A DNA stretch of 43,001 nt from Oscillospiraceae bacterium (GCA_045543215.1 JAZQMD010000149.1:1-43001), one strand, 5' to 3'; counted from the stretch's first letter, positions 17,592-26,604 are shown. Notes: a model not told the origin generated them from the letters alone. Numbers and translations: made by a program.

Positions 17592-18617
17592 TCAGAATTG
17601 CTCCAGGAAGCGAATATCATTTTCAAAAATTAAGCGCAAATCGGCAATTTTAAACCGTCGCATGGCAGTCCGCTCCAGACCGATACCAAAGGCCCAGCCG
17701 GAATAGATGCTGGTATCGATGCCCGCCATCTCCAGTACCTTGGGGTGGATCATGCCAGCTCCCAGTAACTCGATCCATCCCTCACCTTTGCAGGTGGGAC
17801 AGCCGATGCCGCTGCATTTGTGGCATTGCACATCCATCTCGCAGGATGGCTCGGTAAAGGGAAAGTGGTGGGGGCGAAAGCGGGTCTTGGTACCCTTTCC
17901 ATACAGCTGTTCCACAACCGTGTTCAGGGTACCTTTTAAATCAGCCATGGTAATCCCTTTGTCAATGACCATGCCTTCCACCTGGTGAAACATGGGGGAG
18001 TGGGTGGCATCCACCTCGTCCTTTCGGTACACTCGCCCGGGAGCAATGATACGGATGGGTAATTTCATAGTGTCCATGGCCCGTACCTGCATGGGAGAGG
18101 TCTGGGAGCGGAGCATTACCCGGCTATTCTTGTCGAAATAGAAGGTATCTGACCAGTCTCGGGATGGGTGGCCTTCTTCGGCGTTGAGCCGATCAAAGTT
18201 ATATTCGGCAAACTCTACTTCCGGGCCATCTAATACGGTGAAACCCATACCGATAAAAATTTCTTTCAGTTCATCCAAGACGATATACATGGGATGCCTA
18301 TGGCCAATCTGGATGTGCTTGCCAGGGATGGTTACGTCTACCGTCTCCGCTTTGAGGCGTAATTCCAAAGCAGCTTCTTCCAGCTTACGGGAGGTGGCGT
18401 CCAGGGCGTATTCCAGGGCGGTGCGCACCTCATTGGCAATTTGACCCATTATTGGACGCTCTTCAGCAGACAATTTGCCCATCTGTTTGAGCAGAACGGT
18501 AAGCTCTCCTTTTTTACCAAGGTACTGAACCCGTAAGATGTCCAGGTCGGCGGGAGTCTTGGCCTGCTCGAAGGCGGCCAAGGCTTCGGTACGAATCTTT
18601 GCTAGCTGTTCTTTCAT
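17592..18617 (-). CDS. pheS: Phenylalanine--tRNA ligase alpha subunit
   Basis: 341 aa. Class II motifs FRPHHFPFTEPS and GWAFGIGLERTAM. AAGGAG SD lies 9 nt upstream. Confidence 0.97.
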   Translation of the reverse strand: MKEQLAKIRTEALAAFEQAKTPADLDILRVQYLGKKGELTVLLKQMGKLSAEERPIMGQIANEVRTALEYALDATSRKLEEAALELRLKAETVDVTIPGKHIQIGHRHPMYIVLDELKEIFIGMGFTVLDGPEVEFAEYNFDRLNAEEGHPSRDWSDTFYFDKNSRVMLRSQTSPMQVRAMDTMKLPIRIIAPGRVYRKDEVDATHSPMFHQVEGMVIDKGITMADLKGTLNTVVEQLYGKGTKTRFRPHHFPFTEPSCEMDVQCHKCSGIGCPTCKGEGWIELLGAGMIHPKVLEMAGIDTSIYSGWAFGIGLERTAMRRFKIADLRLIFENDIRFLEQF

Positions 18618-18734
18618 CTGCGTACAGCTCCTTTTCGGATGAAATGGACAAGGTCAATCATGCGACTTTATCATTCACGTAGGGGCGGATAATGAAATTG
18701 TAGTTTAGGTAAATAATATGATGTGGTGCGGAAA

Positions 18735-18975
18735 TAAAAAAGCCTTTCCTCCCCGTAATGGGGACGAAAGGCATAGCTCCCGCGGTACCACCCACCATTC
18801 GTGCAAAGTTTGCACGCGCTTATAGCCCATAACGGTGGCTGGCCGGTTCCGTCTTTCCCCAGAACCCCTCCCAGGCGAACTAAGCGCAGCACCCCGGGAC
18901 GGCTTGCAGCCAATGGCCGACCCTCTCTTAGAGATGCGGGAATACGCTATTTTCCTGTTCAAAGGGTTTAAACTA
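18735..18975 (-). promoter_or_regulatory. T-box leader (tRNA-Phe responsive) with terminator/antiterminator
   Basis: The minus strand reads AATGGTGGGTGGTACCGCGGGAG (T-box consensus; complement of 18781-18803). Next comes terminator GCCTTTCGTCCCC-atta-cGGGGAGGAAAGGC + TTTTTT (18735-18772). Stem I shows AGAGAG and GGTGC elements. The candidate specifier UUC is the complement of 18877-18879. Confidence 0.85.
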
Positions 18976-18980
18976 AATTT

Positions 18981-19009
18981 TTTATACCACACAGGAGGGA
19001 AAAATGCAA
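18981..19009 (-). promoter_or_regulatory. Promoter of the pheST T-box leader
   Basis: Minus strand: -35 TTGCAT (19004-19009), 17-nt spacer, TGg-extended -10 TATAAA (18981-18986). Confidence 0.55.
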
Positions 19010-19083
19010 GCCCTAATTTCGACTTAACTAACCTGAGCCATCCAAGGCATCAAAATAGTCTTTATATAATGATGCAAATAAAC

Positions 19084-19116
19084 ACCCTGGCGCGGAGATT
19101 TGCTCCGCACCAGGGT
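19084..19116 (-). terminator. Intrinsic terminator closing MFP/ABC/SLH operon 1
   Basis: 12-bp GC-rich stem CCCTGGTGCGGA-gcaaat-CTCCGCGCCAGGG on the minus strand, followed by TGTTTATTT. It starts 12 nt after the SLH gene stop. Confidence 0.8.
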
Positions 19117-19127
19117 CTTATATTTCT

Positions 19128-21440
19128 TTATCTGGATACCAAGATACGTACTTTACCACCCTCATTGGGATTGCGGTCATAATAAGCAACAAATGTGTTG
19201 GAGGAGGCTAGAAAATCGTTGAGTGAGGCCACCCAGCTTCCGCTGCGGCTATTGTAGCACAGCAAATCTGAAGACAGAGGCAGGGTTAGGATACCTGCCT
19301 TGACGCTGTTGCTTTCCAGGTCAATGTTCTGGCGGGAAAAGCTGGTGGTAGGTATGAGTCCTATGGTGCGCACCAGGGTCTGCTTTGTTCCATCAGAACT
19401 GGAGGCAGAAACCCAACCTACAAATTGGCTACCGAAATCAGTAGATACACCGGAGGTGACTGTAATGGAGTTTTTGGGGTTAGAAAAGGTTATATTGTAG
19501 GATTGGCTAGATGGGTTGCCATTTTCGTCCTTTTCCTCCGAGAGCGAAGTACTGACTATGCCATACTGATATGCGGTTCCCGTAATATCATTCAAAACAA
19601 TTAGATCGACCTTGCCCGCATAATTGGTACGAGCGTAGGTAATATCATCGGCAGGAACGGAAAGGAAGGGTATATCAGCAAGGGCTACCTCTACCACAGG
19701 CCCCTTTCCAACCCGATCATAGATATGGACAGTGTTGGACAGAGGGGTGGAGCCTAAGGTCTTTCTTGATACATCAAGGGCACCGGGAAGGGATGAGGAG
19801 GTGAGACGAACCAGAGAAAGGTTTCCGCCCCTGCCGCTATAGGTTACTGATACCAGTTGGCCGTCTAGGTTACCCACATTGCTGCCGATATAAGTACCCT
19901 TAAGCTCAGGTAAGACGGAGTCCAGTAGTTTGACGGTGGCGGTGGAGCCGCTGATGGAGGCGATGCCTACGGCGTTGGCCCGACATTCAGAGGGGGAGAC
20001 AGCCCCAGCTACCATACCGTCTGAAGTGAAAAGCAAGGTCATGGCAGAGCCGACCTGGAAGTTGCGCAGGGTATCCCAGGCGGATTCCAGCACAGGAAAC
20101 TCAGCACCCAAAAGCTTAATTTTGGTAGGCGCAGTAAGGTTTGGAGTAGCCTCCTCGTAAACACCGGAAAGGCGCAGATCGGAAACCATCAGGCTGCGGG
20201 TAGTGGGGTCATAGGTGGCCACATCGTACTGACGGATATCGGAGGAAGTGGCCTGACTACCGTTTTTATAGATGGTGTATCCGGTATCTTTGCCCACCAG
20301 GGAAAGAAAGGGATTGCCAACATTGTTTCCAAAATTGATTACAGCACCGCCGGTGGAGGAGGTGGTATTTACATAAATGTAGTCAACCCCGCCAGCGGCG
20401 GTATAGTAGACCGTGAGGGAGACTCCCCTTCGGTCCAGGGTAACCCAGCTTTCCCCATAGGTCGATTTTTCATCATTACGCCAAACAGGAGTAGAGGCGG
20501 AAAGGGCAAGAAAGGTGCCGTTGTTCAGGGTCAAACCGGAGGCAGAGGCTCCATTGGAAATCACGGTGGAATTACTGGTGCCCTGGTTTGGCAGGAAGGT
20601 GAGAAACCGCCCTGCGGAGTTGTATACTGCAATTCCGCTTTTGCCCTGGAAGAAGGAGGCGGGATTATTCACCGCAGGGAGCACCGCGTCCTTACCAGAT
20701 ACCTGGACAGCACCGGAAGAGCCATCGGCAGTCTTGGCATTGCAGTTTAGCAATAGTGCTCCAGACACCACTGAGCCACGGGAGGCAGCATAAATATCTC
20801 CACTCTCCTTAGGATTGGCAAGTAGCATGTTGTAAAACAGCAAGGCGGCCTGACCTCGAGTGATGGCATCTCCACTGGTAAGGAAGGGAAGGCCCTTGGT
20901 CAATCCAATAGTCTGGGCGGTGGAGATGGCACCCTGGGGCCAGCTTACACTGGCCTCAGCAGTATAGCCCAGAACGCGTAAGAGGATGGTAATTGCCTCG
21001 CCGAAGGTAATGTTGCGCCCTGGACGGAAAGTACCATCCCCTATTCCCATGATGAGGCGGGCACCTGAGCTTTGCTCCACCACTTGGGCGGAGGCTAGGT
21101 TAATATACCCTCTGGCCCAATATGTGCCAGTCACGTCAGAAAAGACGGTACGGTTGGCTTGGGCGGCAACTTGGTCACCCAGACCCATGATGGTCACGGT
21201 TAGTTTACAGAATTCAGCTCGATTGAGATTGCCTTCGGGATTATAAGTACCGCCGGGCAGGCCGTCGATAACTCCCATCATGCGTAGGGCCTCCACTGAC
21301 TCGCCCAGGGTTGGATCAGTAATATCGGAGAAGGTGGATACCGTGCCGCTGGCGGAAGAGGCTGCGGCAGAGGGGACAACGATAAGGCTGGATAAGCAGG
21401 CAGCAGTCAAAATAGACGCTAAAATTGGTTTTATCTTCAT
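19128..21440 (-). CDS. Secreted SLH-domain cell-wall-anchored protein with a large uncharacterised beta-rich C-terminal region (cassette 1)
   Basis: 770 aa. Signal peptide MKIKPILASILTAACLSSLIVVPSAAA. Three SLH repeats (FSDITDP...NLNRAEFCKL; FSDVTGTYWARGYINLA...FRPGRNITFGEAITILLRVLG; ...ITRGQAALLFYNML). About 550 aa of Ser/Thr/Gly/Val-rich sequence follows. The GAGGAG SD overlaps the permease stop, and the intergenic gap is 13 nt. Confidence 0.85.
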   Translation of the reverse strand: MKIKPILASILTAACLSSLIVVPSAAASSASGTVSTFSDITDPTLGESVEALRMMGVIDGLPGGTYNPEGNLNRAEFCKLTVTIMGLGDQVAAQANRTVFSDVTGTYWARGYINLASAQVVEQSSGARLIMGIGDGTFRPGRNITFGEAITILLRVLGYTAEASVSWPQGAISTAQTIGLTKGLPFLTSGDAITRGQAALLFYNMLLANPKESGDIYAASRGSVVSGALLLNCNAKTADGSSGAVQVSGKDAVLPAVNNPASFFQGKSGIAVYNSAGRFLTFLPNQGTSNSTVISNGASASGLTLNNGTFLALSASTPVWRNDEKSTYGESWVTLDRRGVSLTVYYTAAGGVDYIYVNTTSSTGGAVINFGNNVGNPFLSLVGKDTGYTIYKNGSQATSSDIRQYDVATYDPTTRSLMVSDLRLSGVYEEATPNLTAPTKIKLLGAEFPVLESAWDTLRNFQVGSAMTLLFTSDGMVAGAVSPSECRANAVGIASISGSTATVKLLDSVLPELKGTYIGSNVGNLDGQLVSVTYSGRGGNLSLVRLTSSSLPGALDVSRKTLGSTPLSNTVHIYDRVGKGPVVEVALADIPFLSVPADDITYARTNYAGKVDLIVLNDITGTAYQYGIVSTSLSEEKDENGNPSSQSYNITFSNPKNSITVTSGVSTDFGSQFVGWVSASSSDGTKQTLVRTIGLIPTTSFSRQNIDLESNSVKAGILTLPLSSDLLCYNSRSGSWVASLNDFLASSNTFVAYYDRNPNEGGKVRILVSR

Positions 21441-21453
21441 ATTTATTCTCCTC

Positions 21454-22704
21454 TTAATCTGCCCTCAGGGCCTCCACAGGCTGCAGGCGGGAAGCTTTTG
21501 CGGCGGGGTATAGACCAAAAATGATGCCAAGGGCCACCGAGATAGCGAAGGCCCCTACGGTGATCTCAATACCGGGCAACATGATAACATTAAAGGACAT
21601 TTTGCCTACGATAAGGGTACCAAGACAGCCAACTATAATACCAAAAAGTCCACCGATACCACAAATCATGGCCGCCTCAATCAGGAATTGGACAATAATG
21701 CTCCTGCGTTCAGCGCCAATCGCTTTGCGAATGCCGATCTCGCGGGTGCGTTCAGTGACGGTAACCAGCATAATATTCATGATACCGATACCGCCAACCA
21801 GAAGGGAAATGGCCGCAATGCCGCCCAAAAACCGTTGCTGGAGGGCGTTTGCTTCATTTTGCTCCGCTTGAAAGACACTCTCGTTGAACACGTCTGAATA
21901 ACCGTAACCATTACTAATCAGGCCGCTGAGAAAACCTTTTATGAGAGTGGCAGCGTGCATGGCAGACCGGCTATCTTTCGCCTTCACAATATACTGCTCG
22001 ATAGGCTGGTTGTTGTTAAATATCCGATTAAAGGTATGGGGGATGACCACGATGCGGTCCATGCGGCTCATCTCCATCTGTTGCCAGTTGTCTCCCTCCT
22101 CATTGGGCTGGGTTACGCCAGAGCCTTTGGCTCCGTATACCCCTATAACCAGAAAGGGTAGTCCGTTGATGGTGATGGTCTTGCCAACCGGGTCTACTAA
22201 GTTGAACAGGGTGGAGGCGATGCCAGAACCAAGCACACATACCTGGTTAGACTTTTGCACGTCTAAGTAGCTCAGCTCCCGACCGTTTACTACCTTATAA
22301 TTGTTGCATAAGCCAAACTGGTCATTGCTTAAGTAGAGGGTGGGGCGGGTGTTCCAGTCCTCCTCAGCTCCTATGGATTGGACGCCGTATTTAATGATAG
22401 TGTTGCTTGATACCTGACCCATAGGGGTAACTCCGGTTACGTAGTCATCTAGTTGGAGACAGTAATCATATAGTTCTCCGGCCACGTCGATCCCGCCTTG
22501 CCAGGTGGATGCATGTACGGTGAGTTTATTGTTACCCATGCTATCATAATACTCTTGAAGGGCAAGATTCTGACCCTTGGCATAGGACACCAGGATAATG
22601 ACAGCGGCCAAACCAATGATGACACCCAACATGGTGAGTAAAGAGCGCCCTTTGTTGGATGAAATGGATTTTGCAGCCATCTTAAGAGCTTGGGTGATGT
22701 TCAT
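21454..22704 (-). CDS. MacB-type ABC transporter permease (MacB periplasmic-core domain + FtsX)
   Basis: 416 aa. N-terminal TM helix, an extracytoplasmic domain of about 250 aa, three C-terminal TM helices, and the conserved ends ERTREIGIRKAIGA and GLYPAAKASRLQPVEALRAD. Its start overlaps the ATPase stop by 4 nt. Confidence 0.9.
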   Translation of the reverse strand: MNITQALKMAAKSISSNKGRSLLTMLGVIIGLAAVIILVSYAKGQNLALQEYYDSMGNNKLTVHASTWQGGIDVAGELYDYCLQLDDYVTGVTPMGQVSSNTIIKYGVQSIGAEEDWNTRPTLYLSNDQFGLCNNYKVVNGRELSYLDVQKSNQVCVLGSGIASTLFNLVDPVGKTITINGLPFLVIGVYGAKGSGVTQPNEEGDNWQQMEMSRMDRIVVIPHTFNRIFNNNQPIEQYIVKAKDSRSAMHAATLIKGFLSGLISNGYGYSDVFNESVFQAEQNEANALQQRFLGGIAAISLLVGGIGIMNIMLVTVTERTREIGIRKAIGAERRSIIVQFLIEAAMICGIGGLFGIIVGCLGTLIVGKMSFNVIMLPGIEITVGAFAISVALGIIFGLYPAAKASRLQPVEALRAD

Positions 22705-23399
22705 AGTCCGACCTCCTCTCGGCTTCCGTCGGCTACAATGTGTCCATCGGAGATACGTACAATGCGTGAGGCAGTAGATGCAATACCGTTGTCGTGGGTA
22801 ATTAGAATAATGGTGCGGCCTTCTTCTTCATGGAGAGCGTGGAGTATCTCCAGCACATGTCGCCCGGTTTTGGAATCCAGAGCGCCGGTTGGTTCATCCG
22901 CCATAATAATGGGGGGGCGGGTAGCAATGGCCCGGGCGATGGCTACCCGCTGTTGCTGACCACCAGACATCTCAGAGGGCTTATGGTCGGCCCGGCCATC
23001 CATGCCAACTTTTTCAAGGGCCGCCATGATTAGCTCCTTCCGTTTCCCAATAGGGATGCCCTGATAAATCAGGGGAAGTTCTACATTTTCATAAGCGGAC
23101 AGGGCGGGAATGAGATTGTAGCCCTGAAAGATAAATCCGATCTCTTTGTTACGAATGTGGGCCAGTTCCCGGTCATTAAGCTCGGTGATATCAGTGCCGT
23201 CCAGGTGATAGTCTCCATGGGTTGGAATGTCCAGACAGCCCAGGATGTTCATCAAGGTAGATTTACCTGAACCAGAGGTACCGATAATAGCCACAAACTC
23301 TCCCCGGTCAATGGAAAGGGAGACTCCATCTAAGGCGCGCACTTCACTTTCCAGGCCCTCGTGATAGATTTTATATAGGTTTTGAATATCGATTAACAT
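22701..23399 (-). CDS. MacB/LolD-type ABC transporter ATP-binding protein
   Basis: Walker A GTSGSGKST, signature [13 protein letters not shown], Walker [14 protein letters not shown]-loop ITHD. Confidence 0.95.
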   Translation of the reverse strand: MLIDIQNLYKIYHEGLESEVRALDGVSLSIDRGEFVAIIGTSGSGKSTLMNILGCLDIPTHGDYHLDGTDITELNDRELAHIRNKEIGFIFQGYNLIPALSAYENVELPLIYQGIPIGKRKELIMAALEKVGMDGRADHKPSEMSGGQQQRVAIARAIATRPPIIMADEPTGALDSKTGRHVLEILHALHEEEGRTIILITHDNGIASTASRIVRISDGHIVADGSREEVGL

Positions 23400-23410
23400 A
23401 AGACCACTCC

Positions 23411-25120
23411 TTAATATGCGGTGGTCATTACATAGCTGTTAAAAACAACGTCGCCTTCGTTAAGACCAGAGGTAATCTCTACATTGTAACGGTCACTCAG
23501 GCCAGTTTCTACCGGGACAGGATAATAACCGTCTTTTTCAGTGGGATACTGGAGGGATGTGTCCCCTGGCGCAGATTCGGGCAGATCGGCATCCACGGTA
23601 TTTTCTGGGCGGCTGTCTGCCTCAAGAAAGACCACGGTGACTGGATTTCCATCTTTATCACTTATGGACTTAACACATTGAATGGGAATGGTAACACAGT
23701 TTTCCGATTCGCTGGTGACAAAGGAGTAGGTCAGCCACATGCCCTGCAGAAGAGTACCGTCTTGGTTATCGACAGTGAGGGTAACAGGATAATTGGTCAT
23801 ACCAGAGGAACTGGAACCACCACTCCCACCGGCGGTCATGTTGATATTAGTGACGGTACCCGTGTATGTGTTTTCGTTGTGATCAGTCAGATCAATGGTC
23901 ATGCCTGGCTTGACAAAGCTGATGTTGCGGTCATCTACCGTAATTTCTACGATCATGCTGGTTGTATTGGAAATGGTAATAACAGTGTCGTTGGCTTTGA
24001 CGCTCTGTCCCGGAGAAATAGTGCAGGACATAACAACCCCGTCAATTGGTGCTACAGCATTGAAGTTGGCAAGTGCCTTCTGGGCCTCACTCAGCTTGTC
24101 TTGGGCATCACTAATCTCTTTTTGTTTAGCCCGAATAAGGGACTCCTGCTCTTCCGAGCCAAGCGCCAGCAGGGTTTGCCCAGCAGTGACGTTGGCATAC
24201 TTAAGTAAATCTACCGATAGAACAGGTCCTCCTGCCTTTGTAGTAATCTCCCGTGTTTCGTAATACTCCAGCTTTCCGTTTTCATAGGGAAAGATGGATG
24301 AGCCGTCGGCAGCAATCATGGAGGCGGTGGCCTCCATATCGGCGGTGAGGGTGCCGGGATTTTTAAGGGCGACCACAACCTCGAAGAGGGTAGCCCCTTC
24401 TGGAACCACACGGCTAACCTTGTTAATGGTTTCCACTGTTCCGGTGTGAGTGCCCATAGTGGAGGGGATAGAGACCTCTACGCTCTGGCCTATGTAAATG
24501 TCATTTTCGTAGGCGTAACTGTAATAGAGGGGCAGCTTCAGAGTGAGGTCGTTGACTAAGGTAGCCACAGCAGCACCAGAAGCGGCGTTTTCACCCACCT
24601 GAAATTTTCCGACTTCAATCAGTTTTCCGGAGAAAGGGGCGGTAATCGTCAGATTATTAAGGGCTTTTTGAAGGTCGTTCATGTCTTTACGCAGGCCATT
24701 TAAAGATTCCTGGGCGGCGGTAACGGCATCCTGGGCCACGGTGGAGTTGATGGTGTATAGGGGCTGGCCAGCCGTGACCGTTTCACCTTCAGATACAAAG
24801 ACCTCCTGCACAGTGCCTCCGGCGGTAAGGGTAATTGCGGCGGTGTCTTTGGGTTTGGCATTGCCGTTGCCCTGTACGGTACTGCGGATGGTATCGACGG
24901 TGGCAGTGGAAGGGAGGATACTACCTTGAGTGTTGGGCTTTCGGAATACGAAATACCAGATGGAAAAAACCGCAGCGGCCAAGATGGCAATCGTGACTAC
25001 AATGCCAATGATTCGTTTAATTTGCCGTTTACTGCGTTTTTTCTTAACTGGCTTGCCGGGCATAGTGGGTGCGGCTGGCGCTTCTGCCACAGCTACGGCA
25101 CTATTTTGCTTTTCTGACAT
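23411..25120 (-). CDS. HlyD/membrane-fusion-protein family periplasmic adaptor, unusually long (cassette 1)
   Basis: 569 aa. Basic N-terminus plus one TM anchor (IIGIVVTIAILAAAVFSIWYFVF). Lipoyl/barrel-sandwich-like GETVTAGQPLYTI. Coiled-coil segments (AQESLNGLRKDMNDLQKALNNL; KEISDAQDKLSEAQKALANF). AGGAGG SD upstream. Confidence 0.85.
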   Translation of the reverse strand: MSEKQNSAVAVAEAPAAPTMPGKPVKKKRSKRQIKRIIGIVVTIAILAAAVFSIWYFVFRKPNTQGSILPSTATVDTIRSTVQGNGNAKPKDTAAITLTAGGTVQEVFVSEGETVTAGQPLYTINSTVAQDAVTAAQESLNGLRKDMNDLQKALNNLTITAPFSGKLIEVGKFQVGENAASGAAVATLVNDLTLKLPLYYSYAYENDIYIGQSVEVSIPSTMGTHTGTVETINKVSRVVPEGATLFEVVVALKNPGTLTADMEATASMIAADGSSIFPYENGKLEYYETREITTKAGGPVLSVDLLKYANVTAGQTLLALGSEEQESLIRAKQKEISDAQDKLSEAQKALANFNAVAPIDGVVMSCTISPGQSVKANDTVITISNTTSMIVEITVDDRNISFVKPGMTIDLTDHNENTYTGTVTNINMTAGGSGGSSSSGMTNYPVTLTVDNQDGTLLQGMWLTYSFVTSESENCVTIPIQCVKSISDKDGNPVTVVFLEADSRPENTVDADLPESAPGDTSLQYPTEKDGYYPVPVETGLSDRYNVEITSGLNEGDVVFNSYVMTTAY

Positions 25121-25257
25121 TTTATAATCCTCCTAAAATCAGGTATAGGTGTCAGTGTAATGTAAAGAAGGATAAAATACAATTACAAAAAAGAAACAAA
25201 TCTGTTAAAATTTTTTAAAATTAACCCTTATTTTTCATTTTTCCTACATTAGTAAAA

Positions 25258-25302
25258 TTCGTCTCAATGAATAAGACGAAAAAGGTAGAGGAATGTTTCC
25301 TC
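25258..25302 (-). terminator. Candidate terminator hairpins downstream of asnA
   Basis: The minus strand shows GAGGAAacaTTCCTC followed by TACCTTTTT, then TCGTCTtattcattgAGACGA followed by ATTTT. Confidence 0.5.
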
Positions 25303-25393
25303 CTAATAATGAAAAAATTTAGAGTCTAATTAAGACAGCGCCGGGACCGATTCAGAAGCATGTCATTTAAAGAAAGTATGGATTGGGGTGAAA

Positions 25394-26407
25394 TTACAAC
25401 AACACTACCCCAGCGGCTTTACAGGTATCCATGGTTTCCTTATCCCAGATACTGGCCTGAACCTCACCGATATGGGCGTTGCCCAGCAGGTGCATACACA
25501 GGCGGGACTGTCCAATACCGCCACCGATGGTCGGTGGGAGCTTACCCTCCAGCAGCATTTTGTGGAAGGGAAGGGAGCGCCGGTCGTCACAGCCGGCAGC
25601 AGAAAGCTGACGGTTCATGGCATCAGGATCTACCCGGATGCCCATGGAGGATAGCTCAAGGGCACGTTCCAGTACAGAGTTCCAAACAAGGATGTCCCCG
25701 TTGAGGGTCCAGTCGTCGTAGTCGGGAGCACGGCCGTCATGGGGTTTTCCCGACTTCAGGGGGGAGCCGATAGACATAAGGAAGGTAGTGGGATGTTCCT
25801 TTACAAAGGCATTCTCCCTCTGCTTGGGGGTAAGCTCAGGCCAGCGATCCTCCAATTCTTGGGTGGTAACAAAGGCCACATCGGTATCGATCAAGGGGAG
25901 GGAGGCCAGCTGAGAGTAGACTGCCTGCAGGGTGTTCTGAGTCTCCCGCATGGCCCCAACAATGGCGCGGACGGTTTCCTTTAAGTAACCCTCGTTCCGA
26001 TCCCGGGGGGCAATGACTTTCTCCCAGTCCCACTGATCCACATAGACTGAATGGAGATTGTCAGGAATCTCATCCCGACGAATGGCATTCATATCGGTAT
26101 ACAGCCCTTCTCCAACAGAGAATTGGTAACGGTATAGAGCCATACGTTTCCATTTGGCTAGGGAATGAACCACCTGTGCGTCCCGACCGGAAGCGGGTAC
26201 ATCGAAGCCCACCGGACGCTCCACACCGTTGAGGTCATCGTTTAAACCGGTGGAGGCCTCCACAAATAAGGGGGCAGATACCCGGCGTAGATGGAGGGCC
26301 CCGGAAAGGGTATCGGCAAAGAGACGCTTCAAAAGACCAATGGCCTTTTGGGTATCATATAAATTAAGCTTAGGAGAGTATCCTTGGGGGATATAAGTCT
26401 TTTCCAT
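25394..26407 (-). CDS. asnA: Aspartate--ammonia ligase (asparagine synthetase A)
   Basis: 337 aa. Class-II-aaRS-like AsnA blocks: LKRLF..., RVSAPLFV, VYVDQWDWEKVI, IGGGIGQSRLCMHLL. AAAGGAG SD upstream. Confidence 0.95.
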   Translation of the reverse strand: MEKTYIPQGYSPKLNLYDTQKAIGLLKRLFADTLSGALHLRRVSAPLFVEASTGLNDDLNGVERPVGFDVPASGRDAQVVHSLAKWKRMALYRYQFSVGEGLYTDMNAIRRDEIPDNLHSVYVDQWDWEKVIAPRDRNEGYLKETVRAIVGAMRETQNTLQAVYSQLASLPLIDTDVAFVTTQELEDRWPELTPKQRENAFVKEHPTTFLMSIGSPLKSGKPHDGRAPDYDDWTLNGDILVWNSVLERALELSSMGIRVDPDAMNRQLSAAGCDDRRSLPFHKMLLEGKLPPTIGGGIGQSRLCMHLLGNAHIGEVQASIWDKETMDTCKAAGVVLL

Positions 26408-26532
26408 AGTAATTACTCCTTTGCATTTTAGTATAGTTTAATTTTAAAAGCAGCGGGATGATTTTGCTCAGCAGAAATCTATATTTACACTTACCTGAGC
26501 ATCTTTATGCCAGCCCGCTTTTCTTGGCAATT

Positions 26533-26561
26533 ATTATAGGGGATTTGCCGAAAAAAGGCAA
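26533..26561 (-). promoter_or_regulatory. asnA promoter
   Basis: Minus strand: -35 TTGCCT (26556-26561), 17-nt spacer, -10 TATAAT (26533-26538). It is about 125 nt upstream of the asnA ATG. Confidence 0.6.
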
Positions 26562-26575
26562 GGGAAATTCGACCC

Positions 26576-26604
26576 TTGTTTTTTTTGCCTATGCACCCTA
26601 TAAT
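26576..26604 (+). promoter_or_regulatory. icd promoter, back-to-back with the asnA promoter
   Basis: -35 TTGTTT (26576-26581), 17-nt spacer, -10 TATAAT (26599-26604). Confidence 0.55.

Noticed and set aside
18671-19182. Track ORFs 18671-18913 (-), 18705-18992 (-) and 18835-19182 (+)
   Set aside because: They overlap the pheST T-box leader, its promoter and the upstream terminator. The region is explained by RNA structure.
19128-21440. OmpM-like SLH-porin (outer-membrane tether), implying a diderm envelope
   Set aside because: The C-termini of both SLH proteins (…RILVSR, …VIVAKPT) lack the terminal aromatic beta-signal. I see no alternating amphipathic barrel pattern with confidence, and no other outer-membrane biogenesis genes are in the window.
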